Shown in pieces: positions 12,940 to 25,987 of a stretch of 64,000 nucleotides of DNA. Every line of letters starts with the position of its first letter. Position 1 is the stretch's first letter. The stretch is from Mustelus asterias. Its lineage: Eukaryota. Below the pieces are notes generated by a model. It saw only the letters and a program-made list of their open reading frames with translations. It was not told the DNA's origin and made no database searches. The stretch spans positions 496,001 to 560,000 of the forward strand of contig NW_027590151.1 in assembly GCF_964213995.1 (NCBI RefSeq), written 5' to 3'. The position numbers were made by a program, and so were the translations under genes.

Positions 12940-13110
12940 CAAATACGTGGCAATCCACCGAACATGCACACCTGGACACTGTGGGAGGAAACTGGACACC
13001 CGGCGGAAACTCACACGCACACGGGGAGAATGTGCAAATGCCGCACAATGACTGAAGGCTGGAATTGAAGCCAGGTCCCTGGCGCTGTGAAGCAACCGCG
13101 CCGCCCACTA
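12940..13110 (-). mobile_element. Degenerate V-SINE
   Basis: Homology to the SINE at 10816-11149 (head and V-domain). Confidence 0.8.
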
Positions 13111-13875
13111 TTCCACAATCACTTACACTGACAGCATTGATTACAAGACAAAGATGTCCGTGGAGACATTGGAAACAACGAAGGCTCCCGGTACTGGCAA
13201 TCTTTCAGCACTTTTACTGAAACGTTGCGCTTTAGAACTTGCCGCGCTCCGAGCCAAGCAGTTTCAGTACAACTGCATCACTGGCTTCCACCTGGCAACC
13301 GGCAAATCAAGCCAAACCAATTACCACCAGTTTGCTCTCGGTCATCACGAATGTGACAGAAGGGGTCAACAGACATGGTTTCAATAAGCATTGACTTCGC
13401 AGTAACCAGCTAACAGTTAATCAGAGATGTCTGAACGATGCAACAAATAGAAATCTTCTCCCGTCAGCCTTTGTTCACACATGGACAAAAGAGATGTGCT
13501 CCAGAGGTGTGGCGAATGTGACTGCCTGTGATATCAAGGCACTTAAAGTGCTTTTCTAAATCGTTCTTCCGTGTTCTTAATGTTGGTGTTCCCGCCTCTA
13601 ACAACTTTTCAGGCAGTGGTTTCCAGATTGCCATCACCCTCTGACCCTCTCTTAATATCTTTCTTCATACCTTAAATCTCTGCCGCCTGGTTGTTCATCC
13701 TTCTACTATGGGGAAACGACTACTCCTATCTGCCAATCCATGTCCCTCAAAATCTTGAACACTCAATCATGTCGGCTCTCAGCATTCTCTGCTCAGGCGA
13801 AATCAGCCCCGAGGTATTCCGTCCCTTTTCACAGCTGAAAATCTCCAGCGCCGTGTCCAGAATTAAAACCACCAG

Positions 13876-13957
13876 TAGCAGCGTTTGGATTGGAGCTCAC
13901 GTCTCCCCAGAGACTGGAACCTAAATCCCACGGCTTAGACCACTCGGCCCCGCAACC
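13876..13957 (-). pseudogene. tRNA-Leu(TAG) pseudogene
   Basis: 82 nt collinear with vertebrate tRNA-Leu (GGTTGCGGGGCCGAGTGGTCTAAG...ATTTAGGTTCCAGTCTCT...CGCTGCTA); B-box/T-arm mutated. Confidence 0.75.
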
Positions 13958-14816
13958 ACCAGAAGTGCAAATTATAATCAGGTATTTTATCGGTATTGCT
14001 ACTTAAATAGCTCAGAGGCAAAGAATTTGGTGTGGCCATTGGGTACTTCGGGTCCGTTCCGTCAATTAATCAGAGAAGTTAACTATGCAACAAAGAGAAA
14101 TGTTCTCCAATCAGAAACTCAATGAGCTTCAGTGAAGGACCGGTAAGATTTAAACTGTCCTTAACCTCGTCTGGTTCCTAATCTCCCGCCAGAAATGACA
14201 ATAAAACTTCCTGTTGAATTTGGTCAGGGTCTTCACTTCAATAAGGGCAGGACATGAGGCGAGACCAGGATTTCTGTACTCTGCAGGGAAATAACTGAAA
14301 TTTGTTTCACGGTTTGGACACGAGCAAAAAATCTTCATATCCTGAACTGTAATCAAAACAGCAGTGAAAGTGTCAAACACTATCCACCAGACCAGCAGGT
14401 TACAGCATGTTTTACAATTGGCTTCATCCACGCTCCTTTTGTTATTTTTAACCTCACTAAAAGCACATTCACCCCAAAAGGTTTCTCCTGAAAAATGACA
14501 TCATCTGCTTCAACACCAGTATGTTCAGCCATTGGTAACATACAACAAACACGCCATTCAATTATTACATTCTTTCCGACAGTTCGAAACCGGACAGCAA
14601 TATTTCCAAATGCTTTTCAGTACAGAGTCAGGGAAACGTTTCATAATTTGTGTTTTTGCGAAATGTCAACAGATATGCTGAGTATTTCCAGAATTCTTTG
14701 ATTGCAAAGTCAGCAGTCACTCGGTAAGTGAAGGTCTGTGGTAGAGAGCACGGCAAGATGGGTTAACTGACACAAGGAATGATAGACAAGGCAACATTGA
14801 GCAGGCGATGCTGGAG

Positions 14817-14888
14817 GCCGGATGGTCTCATGGTTCAGAGTCACCGCTTTCATCGCCAGAGCCCAGGCTCAATGACAGGTGACAAATT
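14817..14888 (+). pseudogene. Highly degenerate tRNA-Glu(TTC)-like relic
   Basis: gatggtctcatggtt...cgctTTCatcgcc..gcccaggctcaat resembles tRNA-Glu; the stems are broken. Confidence 0.45.
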
Positions 14889-15974
14889 GTGAAAATACAA
14901 TTTCGGATGAAAAAAATTGTCTCTTTCTTATTCCTGATCAACTAATCACAATTGCTGTTTCAAAGCAGTGCACCAGGATGAATAACCTCTTCCTGTGCTG
15001 TAACTTTATATAATTGTTTCCTTTTCATCCCCACTGCTGCTGCCTTCACGGCAATTCTATCATCCTACAAACAATTGCAGCTATATCCACCTTCTTCACT
15101 TGTGTTCAGCTCTTATGGCCTCATGGGACTGAGTAAATTCAGTGCGAAGATTATCACTTATCCTGAGATTTGGACCGAGATCTGGGCGATATTTGTGTCA
15201 GTGTAAAAGATAAAGTCCGACCCATTACCACCCAAATATGCTTTGGAACACCATCTCCGTGCTTAGCAGCCTATCGCTCTCCTTTGCTTATTAACACAAA
15301 TTATTGCTGATGCTAGAATCTGAAACAAAAACAGAAAACGCTGGATAGTCTCAACAGTTCTTATAGCATCAGATGAAAGAGAATAGGGACAAGGTTTCGA
15401 GTCCTGATGGCCCACCATCAGAGCTCTGAACCTCCGACAAGGTGATTTCGAAACGTTGGCTCCAATCCCATAGAGTCAAAGAGTCATAGAGTCACACAGA
15501 TTTACAGCATTGAATCAGGCCTTTTTTAACGACCAAGCTAGTTCCAATTGCCCGCGTTTAGCCCATATTCCTCGATAGCCATCTTACTCATGGAACTCTC
15601 TAAATGCATTTTAAAAGACAAAATTGTACCTGCCACTACGACTACATCTGGCAGCTTGTTCCAGACACTCACCACCCTCTGTGTGAAAAAAACTGCTCCT
15701 CTGGATCCTTTTATGTCTCTCCCCTCTCACTTTAAACCTATGCCTTCCAGTTTTAGACTCCCCTACCACTGTGAAAATATATTGACTATCTAGCTGATCT
15801 ATGTCCCTCGTTATTTCATAGATCTCTATAAGATCGTCCCTAAGCCTCCTACTCGCCAGAGCAAAAGTCCCAGTCTATCCAAGCTCTCCTTGTAACTCAA
15901 ACTATCAAGTCCTGGTAGCATCCGAGTGAATCTTTTCTACACTCTTTCTAGTTTAATAATATCCTTTCTATAAT

Positions 15975-17097
15975 CTCACGGGATCCAGGGTGAGGTATCT
16001 GAATGGATTCAAAATTGGCTTCTTGACAGAAGTCAGAGGGTGGTTGTGGAGATTTGTTTTTCAAACTGGAGGCCTGTGACCAGCCGTGTGCCTCAGGGAT
16101 CAGAGCTGGGCCCACTGTTATTTGTCATTTATATTAATGATTTGGATGAGAATATAGGGGGCATGGTAAGTAAGTTTGCAGATGGCACCAAGATTGGTGG
16201 CATAGTGGACAGTGAAGAAATTATCTCCAATTGCAACGGGATCTTGATCAATTGGGCCAATGGACTGACGAATGGCAGATGGACTTTAATTTCGACAAAT
16301 GTGAAGTGATGCACTTTGGTAGATTGAACCAGAGCAGGACTTACTCAGTTAATGGTGGGGCATTGGTGAGAGTTACAGAACAAAGAGATTTAGGGGTAGA
16401 TGTTCATAGCTCCTTGAAAGTGCAGTCACAGGTGGACAAAGTGGTGAAGAAGGCATTCGGCATGCTTGGTTTCATCGGTCAGAACATTGATTACAGGCAT
16501 CGGGACGTCTTGTTGAAGTTATATAAGACATTGGTAAGGCCACACTTAGAATACTGTGTGCAATTCTGGTCACCATATTATAGAAAGGATATTATTAAAC
16601 TAGAAAGCGTGCAGACAAGATTTACTAGGAAGTTACCAGAACTTGATGGATTGAGTTATAAGGAGAGGCTGAATAGTCTGGGATTTTTCTCTCTGGAGTG
16701 TAGGAGGCTGAGTGGTGACCTTATAGACTCCAAACTAGTGAGGGGCACATACAAGGTAGATAGTCAATATCTTTTCCCAAAGTTAGGGGAGTCTAAAACT
16801 AGAGGGCATAGGTTTAAGGTGAGAGGGAAGAGATACAAAAGTGCCCAGAGGGACAATTTTTTCACACAGAGGGTGGTGAGAGTCTGGAACAAGCTGCCAG
16901 AGGTAATAGTAGAGGCGGGTACAACTTCGTCTTTTGAAAAGCATTTAGAAAGTTAAATGGGGTACGATCGGTATAGAAGGATATGGGCCAAATGTGAGAA
17001 ATTGGGATTAGCTTAAGGGTTTTAAAAAAAACGGCGGCATGGACAAGTTGGGCCGAAGGGCCTGTTTCCATGCTGTAAACGTCTATGACGCTATGAC
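15975..17097 (+). mobile_element. CR1 LINE 3' fragment inserted antisense into a related CR1
   Basis: ORFs 16040-16309 and 16231-16956; (ctatga) tail; flanking direct repeat TCTATAAT at 15967-15974 and 17098-17105. Confidence 0.9.
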
Positions 17098-17944
17098 TCT
17101 ATAATAGGGTGGCCAGAACTGTACACAGTATTCCAAGTGTGTCCTTATCAATGTCTTTTACAACTTCACCAAGACGTCCCAATTCTTGTATTCAATGTTA
17201 TGACCAATGAAACCAAGCATTCCGAATGCCTTTTCATCTCCCTGTCCACCTGTGACTCCACTTTCAATGAGCTATGAACATGTACCCCGAGATCCCTTTG
17301 TTCTTTAACTCTCGCCAATGCTCTACCATTAACTGAGTAAGTCCTGCACTTGATCGATCTACCAGAATGCATCATTTCGCATTTCGTTAAATTAAACTCC
17401 ATCTGCCATTCGCCAGCCCACTGTCTGAATTGATCAGGATCCCGCTGCAATCCGAGATAACCTTCTACACTTTCCACCGTGCCACCAATCTTGGTGTCAT
17501 CTGTAAAGTTACTAACCATGCCTCCGAAATTTTCATCCAAATCATTAACACAAATGACAAATGAAAATGGACCCAACTGCGATCCCTGAAGCACACTGCT
17601 GCTCACAGGCTTGAAAACCAACCCTCTACCAGCACCCTCCGTGTTCTGCATCAAGGCAATTTTGTATCCATTTGGCTACTTCACCCTGGATCCCGTGAGT
17701 TTTAATCCCATGCAACAACTTACCATGCGGTACGTTGTCAAAGGCCTTGCTAAAGTTCATGTAGACAACATCGACTGCACTGCCCTCATCTACCTTCTTG
17801 GTTACCCCTTCAAAAAACTCAATCAAATTTGTGAGACATGAATTTCCACTCACAAAGCGATGCTGACTGTCCCTAATCAGTCCTTGCCACTCCAAAAGCC
17901 CTTAGACCCTGTCTCTCAGAATACATTTGAGCAACTTAGTTAGC

Positions 17945-18295
17945 AGAGGCGATGGCCTCGTGGTCTCATCCTTTAACTATTAATCTAGAAATTCAGCTAC
18001 TTTTTGGGGACCGGGGTTCGAATTCCACCATGGCAGATGGTGGAATTTGAATTCAATAAAAAAATATTTTGAATTAATAACCTACCGATGACCATGAAAC
18101 CACTGTTGACTGTTAGGAAAACCTATCTGGTTCACTAATGTTCTTTAGGGAAGGAAATCTGCTCCATCGCACAGTCTGGCCTATATGTGACATCAGAACC
18201 ACAGCAATGTGTTTTCCTCTCAACTACCTTTGGGCAACTGGGGATCGGCAATAAATGCTGGCCAGCCAGTGACACCCATGTCCCACAAACGCATG
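17945..18295 (+). mobile_element. tRNA-derived SINE nested in CR1
   Basis: A box tggcctcgtgg, B box ggttcgaattcc, and LINE-like tail ggcaataaatgctggcc. Confidence 0.75.
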
Positions 18296-20523
18296 TAAAA
18301 ACTACAGGTGTGAGCTCACTGGCCCGTAATTCCCAGGCTTTTCCGTGCAGCCCTTTTCAAACAAAGGCACAACATTTGCCACCCTCCAGTCTTCGGGCAC
18401 CTCACCTGTGACTATCGATGATTCAACTATCTCTGCTAGGGGACCTGCAATTTTCTCTCTAGCCTCCTACAACGTCCTAGGATACACTGCAGCAGGTCCC
18501 GGGGATTTATCCAACGGGATACGCTTTAAGACTTCCAGCACCTGTTCTCTGTAATATGTAAACTCCTCAAAACATTATTTATTTCCCTAATTTCCGGAAC
18601 ATCCATGTCCTTCTGATGGTCTCTCTGCAAAAATGCCCTCAGACGTGCTGAGATATGCGAGCCCACTTCTGGTCTCCCTCATCATTCGGAACATTCTTTC
18701 TGAAACTACCCTGTCTCAGCCTGTTAGAATTTTGTCAGTTGCTATGAGTCCTCCCTGAGTCTTCTAAATTAGAGTGAATGGCATGCTAACTGACCTCCTC
18801 ATACGACAGACCTGCCATCCCAGATATAAGCCTGGTAAACTTTCGCTGTACTCCCTGCAGGACAATGAAATCCTTCCAAAGATAATGATACCAAAACTGC
18901 ACACAATACTCCCGATGTGGTCTCACCAACATCCGATACAATTGCAGTAATGGATGAAGAGGCTTGAAAGGCTGAATGGCCTGCCCTTGTCCTTATTCCT
19001 TACGGCCTCATGTTTTGGAACTCTCTTTCTCAATAAGCAGTGGCAGCAGAGAGTTCATTATTTTAAAGGTAGATGTGGATGTTTTTGCTGTGTCATACGT
19101 GATTGGTGATCAGGTGCAGGTGGAGTGCAAATTTGATGTTAGAATTAAGTTTTGAAACGGAGGAGCGGGCTCCATGGGCTTAATCGCCTACGTATCTTCC
19201 TCTTTTGACTGTTCATACGACGATCTGAGAGGCAAAACTTTGCTCATCATTGTCTTTAATGAGCGGCCCCTTACTTTAGATTCTCACCGAAGTGGAAACA
19301 TTCTGTGCACATCCACAATGTCAACATCCCTCAAGATTTTAAACTCTTCCATTAAGTCGCCTCTTACTATTCACACTTCCAGTGTGTACATGTCTACTCT
19401 GTCCAACCATCTCCATGAGACAACCCGCTCATTACTGGAAATCGTTTAGTAAACCTTCTCTGGACTGTCTCAAAGACATTTACATTTCCCTTTTTATATC
19501 GATAGCCAAAGGTATACACATTATTTCTAATATGGGCTCACCATCTGAAGGTTTTGAACATGCAAGGCCACGGAGCAGTTGATAGAATGTGGGATTAGAC
19601 GGAGCCACTAATTCCATTTGTCTCTGTTGTATCCGGAGATGCATGATGGGCTGAATGGCCCGTTTCTGTACCATTACCTTTCTATTCTTCTGTATATCAC
19701 CAGAGTTTTGTGCAACTGAATGGGTATGTCTAAATAATATTGGGTATAATTCAGGTTAAATATGTCATTTTTTGTCAGGTTTACAAATAGGCTGGACTGA
19801 TGATTGTTTTAACTCCGACCAAAAATAACAGAAGGAATTAAATATTACCAGGTAGAGTGAATTGAAAGTGCAATATATTTTGAGAAGGCAGCACGTACAA
19901 ATCGAAGGAATTGCTTCCACACAGGCTGAAAGGAGCAAGTCGTGAGGAAGAAGATGTAAGTTTGAGTGAGGGACACAGGACACATCCTCACTTATCACCA
20001 GTAATACAGGAAATGTTACGTGTGTTTCGGAAAGCAGGTTGGACACGTCATTTGCCTCTCCCTCCGATTAATCTCCATAAAATAATATTTGTGAACAATA
20101 CCAGGGTAAATGATTATTTTTATCGGATTAAGACCTGTTTCTTGCTGAATACCAGCAGTGCAATATTTCCAATCATCCTACTTCCGGCATCTCACTTGTA
20201 TCAGCGGAAGGATCAACATTATTCCCCGAATCTGCAGCTATTTCACGATGACAACTTCATTGAAATTCTGAAATTCTAGATGACATTATGTGATAGAAAT
20301 ATTCCTAACTGTTTTAATTCACTTCAGTTCAGTAACATAGTGTTAACCAATAATCCCAGCTTTCACCACTCCTTGGACCAATGTGTTTGTCTTCAATCAG
20401 ATAATTTACTGTGATTGCAAAAGGCTTTCAAGAAACATGTAATTTGCAATAAAAGCTGAATTCATGTTGTTTGTTCAGCGATTGTGATTAATGTCAGTAG
20501 GTACAGAGTTTAATTGTTTCACC

Positions 20524-20548
20524 GGGGACTTTCCTCGGTCTATAAATA
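20524..20548 (+). promoter_or_regulatory. Putative GPCR promoter: canonical NF-kappaB site plus TATA box
   Basis: GGGGACTTTCC (20524-20534) followed by TATAAATA (20541-20548), ~90 bp upstream of the ATG at 20638. Confidence 0.7.
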
Positions 20549-20637
20549 GGCAATGTTTTTATCGTGCACACCACTGTTAAAAATGAGAGTGGCCTCCAGC
20601 ACAACCAGAGATCATTGAAGCTCAGAGTCGGTAAACT

Positions 20638-22102
20638 ATGTTCTGGGTTGTTCCACTTGAGTTTCGTATAATTTGGGTACTTCACGATATCCAAAGTACT
20701 TACTACCCACTCCTCGCTGCAGTTGGTGTGACTGGTGAGTCTAATTTCACTCCGGTTATTGCCCGTGTCCATGAAAAGCACTTAATAATATTATTATTTG
20801 CAAACGTTATGTTCCTTATGTGCTAATGCAGTTGGAAGATTTCTCTCTCCTCCCGGCAGCCATTCTCCCTACTCGCGCCTGGTGGTTGCACTCTATTTCC
20901 TTCCCTTCCCCCTCTCTGCCAACATCCCCCCCACCCCATCTCCTTGATCACCCCATTCGTTCCCCATCTCCGCCGGCTTCTTTGCTGCCTTGGAGATCAG
21001 ATCTGTTGGTGAATCTGGTTTCTTGCTACATCAGTGCGGTGCTTTATGACTGTACACCCTGTCTCAGCAGAACAGATGAATCAATTTTATTCTTCGGCTG
21101 ATTCTGTAAAAATGCTGCAGCTGTTCCATAGAATCCTGACAGACCACTGCTCCTGTTTTCAGTCTGAAATGTGAGTTAATTGTGTCTCTCTTCCTTACAG
21201 TGAACTTAATAACGATTCTTATACTGTCTCGAGGAAAATGTGGACTTTCCAAATGTGTCACACGTTACCTAATCTCCATGTCAGCGGCAGATCTGCTGGT
21301 CGTCATCATTGATCTCATGTTGAGGCAAATTCCTATCATTTTTAGTGATCAATTTCTATTCGTCTATAATATTAAAGTGTGTAATATCCATGCCGTCCTG
21401 CTTTATGCTGTCACTGATTGTTCTGTTTGGTTTACTGTCACGTTCACCTTTGATCGATTCGTGGCCATTACCTGGCAGAAGCTGAAAATAAAATACTGCA
21501 CCGAGAAAACGGCAGCTGTGGTTCTCGGAACAGTGAGTGTGCTGTTCAGTGTAAAGAACACTTTCTGGTACTTCATGTGTGAGGATACATATTTGTTTGC
21601 AAATTCTCCCTATTTTTGTTCTGTACTTTCAGGTGTCAGGAATTCACCAATATGGGGAGCAGTTGAAAATCTACATTATATTTTAACACCGTTTGTTCCT
21701 TTTTTGTTGATTCTGCTGCTCAATGTTTTAACCGTTAAACATATTCTAATGTCGAGCAAAATCCGCAAGAGATTTCGGAGCCCCACGAGTGGCGAGATTG
21801 CAACTGACCCAGAGATAGAGAAGCGAAGGAAATCTATCATCTTACTGTTTTCTCTATCTGCAAATTTTATCCTGTTATGGTCAGTGTACCTGTTCAGTTC
21901 TTTTTGTCTACGATTGTATGATTTACGTGTAATCATTTTCGACATACCTGGGTGTGTAATCGGACTGGGATTTATGCTTCAACTCCTGAGTTGCTGCACC
22001 AACACATGCATTTATGCAGTGACCCAGACACAATTCAGAAAGGATCTGAAGAAGCTGGTGAAATTTCCATTTACTCGGATTGTGAAGTTAATTAAAGAGT
22101 GA
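20638..22102 (+). CDS. Class A orphan GPCR, GPR139-like; exon 1 20638-20734, exon 2 21201-22102, 332 aa
   Basis: Exon 1 MFWVVP...YYPLLAAVGVT with G|GTGAGT; acceptor ttccttacAG joins in frame to VNLITILILSRGKCGLS; TM2 AADLL, TM3 FTFDRFVAI, TM7 NTCIY; seven hydrophobic segments; no stops. Confidence 0.92.
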
Positions 22103-22914
22103 GCAGATATTCCACCATCACAGCATGTTTGTCTGGGGTCTGCACAGATTAAGTGATGAACAGGAATTAGAGAAATAGTAAAAATGAAATTATTTGGCAC
22201 CTGATGAATTACTCCGGATTTGAACCATTTAAATGTTCTGATGTATCATGAGCTGGGCACATTGAACTCCAGTGTAGAGTGTCCTCCTTTTTACCTGGGA
22301 GGGATGTTATTGACTGCAGCATTTTCCTTCAGCTGCAACATACCTCCTCCCCCCCCCCCCATGAAAAGAGCTGTCATTCCATCCTTCAAGCACAGCCCTA
22401 CCCTCAGCCCATCGGCATTATCACCTGCACCATCCCACCCCCACTCCCACCCACAGCACCACCCCGCACCGCCCCCCCCCCCCCCCCCCACCACCACCAA
22501 CAGCCTTCAGCGCCACACCCATCCCCAATAGTGAACGCTGTGGATTGGATGAGGAATGAATCAGAGTGGATGAGGACACTTTTCTGGGTTCGATTCAAGC
22601 ATCTATGTATTCTAATTCCATTTTCTAGCACTTGACCCGTAGTCTTGTATATTATGGCATTTCAAGTGCTCATCTAAATACTTCTTAAATGATGTGATGG
22701 TTCCCATCTCTATCTCCCTATCAGCCAGTGAGTTCCAAATTTCCACCACCTTCAGGATGAAAATGTTTTCCTAACATCTGCTCTAAAACTCATGCCCCTT
22801 AAAATCAATTCATGCCCCTTGGTTATTGATCCACCTGCTAAGGGGGAAAGTTCTTCCTCTCCGCCCTATTTGTGCCATTCATAATTTTATACACTCCAAT
22901 CGAAGACATTTATT

Positions 22915-23215
22915 TGTTTAATGTTGTCACAAAGAACATAGCATGTATTAATGCTGCAATTAAGTTGTTGTGAAAATCCCCTAGTCGCCATACTCCGACG
23001 CCTGTCGCTAAACTGAGGGATAATTTAGCATGGTCAAAGCACCTAACCAGCTTGTCTTTCGGACTGTGTTCGGAAACCAGAGCACCCGGAGGAAACTCAA
23101 ACAGACATGGGGAAAACGTGCAGACACCACACAAACAGTGACCCAAGCTAGCAATCCAACCTGCGTCCCTGGCGCTGTGAGGTATCAGTACTAACCACTG
23201 TGCCATTGTACCTCC
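22915..23215 (-). mobile_element. V-SINE
   Basis: tRNA head and V-domain; abuts a CR1 fragment at ~23215-23470. Confidence 0.82.
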
Positions 23216-24051
23216 AATCAGGTTCCCCCCCCCCCCCCAGGCTTTTCTGCTGTAATGAAAATAACTCCAGCCTATGCAACCTCTCTTCATGGCCGAAACG
23301 ATCCAGGCCAGGCAGCATCCTGGTGAAGTTCCTCTGCACCTTCTGTAGTGCAATCACGTCCATCCTATTGTGTTACGTCCAGAACTGCACACAGTAATCC
23401 ATCTGTGGCCTCAGAAGTGTTTTATTTTGCTTCATCATAACATCCCTATTCTTGCATTCAATCTCATTCTCTTCCTTCCAGAATGATTATAAGGTTACTC
23501 TTGTCCCCACTTTTCACATCACCAGCGTCTGCATTCACTGAATAATCCTCCACTATTTCCAGCAATTCGAGCATGATGCCATGACAAGAAGAATGCGTTT
23601 AGAAGAATGGTGGGTGATCTCATTGCGGAATGTAAGATGCTAACGGGGATTGACAGAGTGGACATAGAGAGGATATTTCCACGTGTGGGGCAATCTAGAA
23701 CGAGAAGTCATGGCTAAAGGGACAGCAGATTTAGAACAGATGAAGATAAAATTATTTTCTTAAAAGGTTGATAATCTGTGGAATTCTGTATCCCAGAGTG
23801 CTGTAAATGGTAGGTCATTGAGTACATTTAACGCGGATATCGACATTCTTAAAATAAACCTTTTCACAAAATTGATCTCTGTTGGTTTTACATCCCAGAG
23901 GACGTCCTCACTTCATATCACTCACTCAGAATTTTCATCCATTTCTTTCTCCATTATCTCTTTATTTCTCTTCCCTTTGACTGCATCCAGAATCTTCACC
24001 TCCCCAATCCTTATGGTAGTGATGATAGGAGGGGAACATTGTTATTACCGT

Positions 24052-24330
24052 GGGCGGTAGTGGCACAGTGGTTAGCATTGCTGCCTCACAGCGCCACGGA
24101 CCTGTGTTCGATTCCCGTTTTGGGTCACTGTCTGTGTGAAGTTTGCACGTTCTCCCCTTGTCGACGTGGATTTCTTCCTGGTGCCCCGGTTTCCTCCCAC
24201 AGACTGAAAGATGTGTTGGTTTGGTGCATTGAACAGAACAGGCGCCAGAGTGTGGCGACTAGGGGAATTTCACAGTAACTTCATTGCAGCGTTAATGTAA
24301 GCCTTATTTTTCACTAATAGATAAACTTCA
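24052..24330 (+). mobile_element. V-SINE
   Basis: gggcggtagtggcacagtggttagc...gttcgattccc head, V-domain, and aatgtaagcc tail. Confidence 0.85.
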
Positions 24331-25446
24331 ACTTTTAAAAATAAATAATCTAATTTCTAATTATCAAATCAACTCATGATCACCGAGTCCGTGGGCTGAA
24401 CACACATCCCCATTCTGCTCAAATCCATCAAATAGACAATCCGCTTTCCCTCACCATTTAGTTCATTTACAATGTGTTGTTTATCTATTTCCCATTCTGG
24501 TCTTTTCCAATCGCTGAGGACCCAATGTCCGCCGCTATCGACTGCAGGGAATTCTCACCATTATAGAGTAGCGATTTAAATTAGAGCACCCAGAAGAGGT
24601 ACTGGAAAACCAAAAGCTATTTCACCTCTCTATCCACGCCCGAGAGATTGGAAATGTTATACGGTCATCATTCAGTTTGATTGCATTCCAATTCACTGCA
24701 GTGAGATGTTTCCCTCTTTAACAACAGTCCTGATGAGAATCTTGTTTTGTTGACTTCCAGAAACATAGAAAATAGAAGCAGGAGTAGGTCATTTGGCCCT
24801 TTGAGCCTGCTCTGCTGTTCAATATGATCATGCCTGATCCCTTATCTCAACACCATTCTCCACTGATCTCCCCAAACTCCTTGATGCTTTCAGAGTCTGA
24901 ATATATCTCAGAAGGAAATAGATATATTTCTAATGTTTTGGCTTCCACAGCCTTCTGTGCTGGTGAATTCCACAAGTTCACCACTCTCTGCATGAAGATA
25001 TTTCTCCTCATCTCACTCCTAAATGGCCTACCCCATATCATATTTCATATATTTTAATCATGTTTGATTTCAGGCATTATCAAGACCATCTTAGTTTTGG
25101 ATAGTCTTTCATAACCTAAAAATAACTCACTAAATTTTCCCTGACTTTTTTTCCTAAATTAACCCAAATTCAAGTAGAAGTATTGTTGTGCAAAATAAAT
25201 AGTTTTTGACACTGAGGAACCACCTGACTGTTAGTTGTTAGTTTCTTTTTGTTCTGACCATGTGATTATTCCCTTAAACATTCCATTTGGATGTTTGAAT
25301 CAGCCAATCGTATCAATTTATTTTGTCAATTTCAAGTTGAGGAACAATCTCTTAAGATAAAGCAAATGACTGCGGCTGCTGGAATCTGAAACAAAACAGA
25401 AAATGCTGGGATCTCAGCCGGTCTGACAGCATCTGTGGAGAGAATA

Positions 25447-25487
25447 GAGCCGACATTTCGAGTCTAGATGACCCTTCATCAGAGCTC
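25447..25487 (-). ncRNA. Minimal type-I hammerhead ribozyme motif in a Penelope-like repeat
   Basis: gagct-CTGATGA-a-gggtc(atcta)gactc-GAAA-tGTC-ggctc: intact core, stems I and II pair. Confidence 0.7.
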
Positions 25488-25604
25488 AACAATTACATCC
25501 AGCCTTGTTGACTTTAAATGGTGATTTACATCAGCGACATAAACGCTTGCAATCGGTAATATGAGGCTGACTCTGATTGTCATTATTGCTGTTGTTTCTG
25601 TTAG

Positions 25605-25948
25605 AATGGACCCTCCAAGACAAAGTGGAACAAATGGATCCTGAAATATCGGTTAAAGAGGAAAGTAATGTCACACTAACCTGTACCTTGAAAACAAGCG
25701 ATTCCAGCCCTAATGTGTACTGGTACAGTTAGCAGCCCGGGAAAGCTCCAGTGTACATGTTTCAGCTTATAGGAGAGAACGTGCAAAGGAACACCGACCT
25801 CAATGATCGGTTTTCTTCCAAATTTAATAAAAAGAACACGATTACCGAACTAACGATCAGTAACACACTGATCTACGACAGCGCCGTGTACTTCTGTGCC
25901 ACGAAGCCCACACTGCTGCAGAGATATAGTGAATGCCGTGCAAAAACC
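25605..25948 (+). pseudogene. TCR V pseudogene (paralog of the V at 7103-7406)
   Basis: WTLQDKVEQ...VTLTCTLK...VYWYS* (TAG 25730-25732) QPGKAP...DSAVYFCATK; RSS CACACTG (25909-25915), 24 nt, GCAAAAACC; leader exon not identified. Confidence 0.9.
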
Positions 25949-25954
25949 CCAGAC

Positions 25955-25987
25955 TTCCAGTTAGTGCCCAGCAGGGTGCGCTCACAC
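25955..25987 (+). promoter_or_regulatory. CTCF-like motif just 3' of V RSS
   Basis: TTCCAGTTAGTGCCCAGCAGGGTGCGCTCACAC; core starts ~20 bp after the nonamer. Confidence 0.6.

Larger units (their letters stand above)
15470..18610 (-). mobile_element. Degenerate CR1 LINE interrupted by an antisense CR1 and a SINE
   Basis: RT ORF pieces 17166-17654 and 17626-17895; 3' tail at ~15470-15500; sequence resumes after each nested insert. Confidence 0.88.

Noticed and set aside
14150-14431. Minus-strand ORF with a good acceptor (ccctgcAG)
   Set aside because: No Ig-fold or other recognisable motif and no partner exons.
25561-25604. MRLTLIVIIAVVSV, a signal-peptide-like ORF directly before the 25.6-kb V
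   Set aside because: Out of frame with the V and ends at a normal ttAG acceptor; likely just the intron's pyrimidine tract. It is also a caution for the intronless call at 6038.
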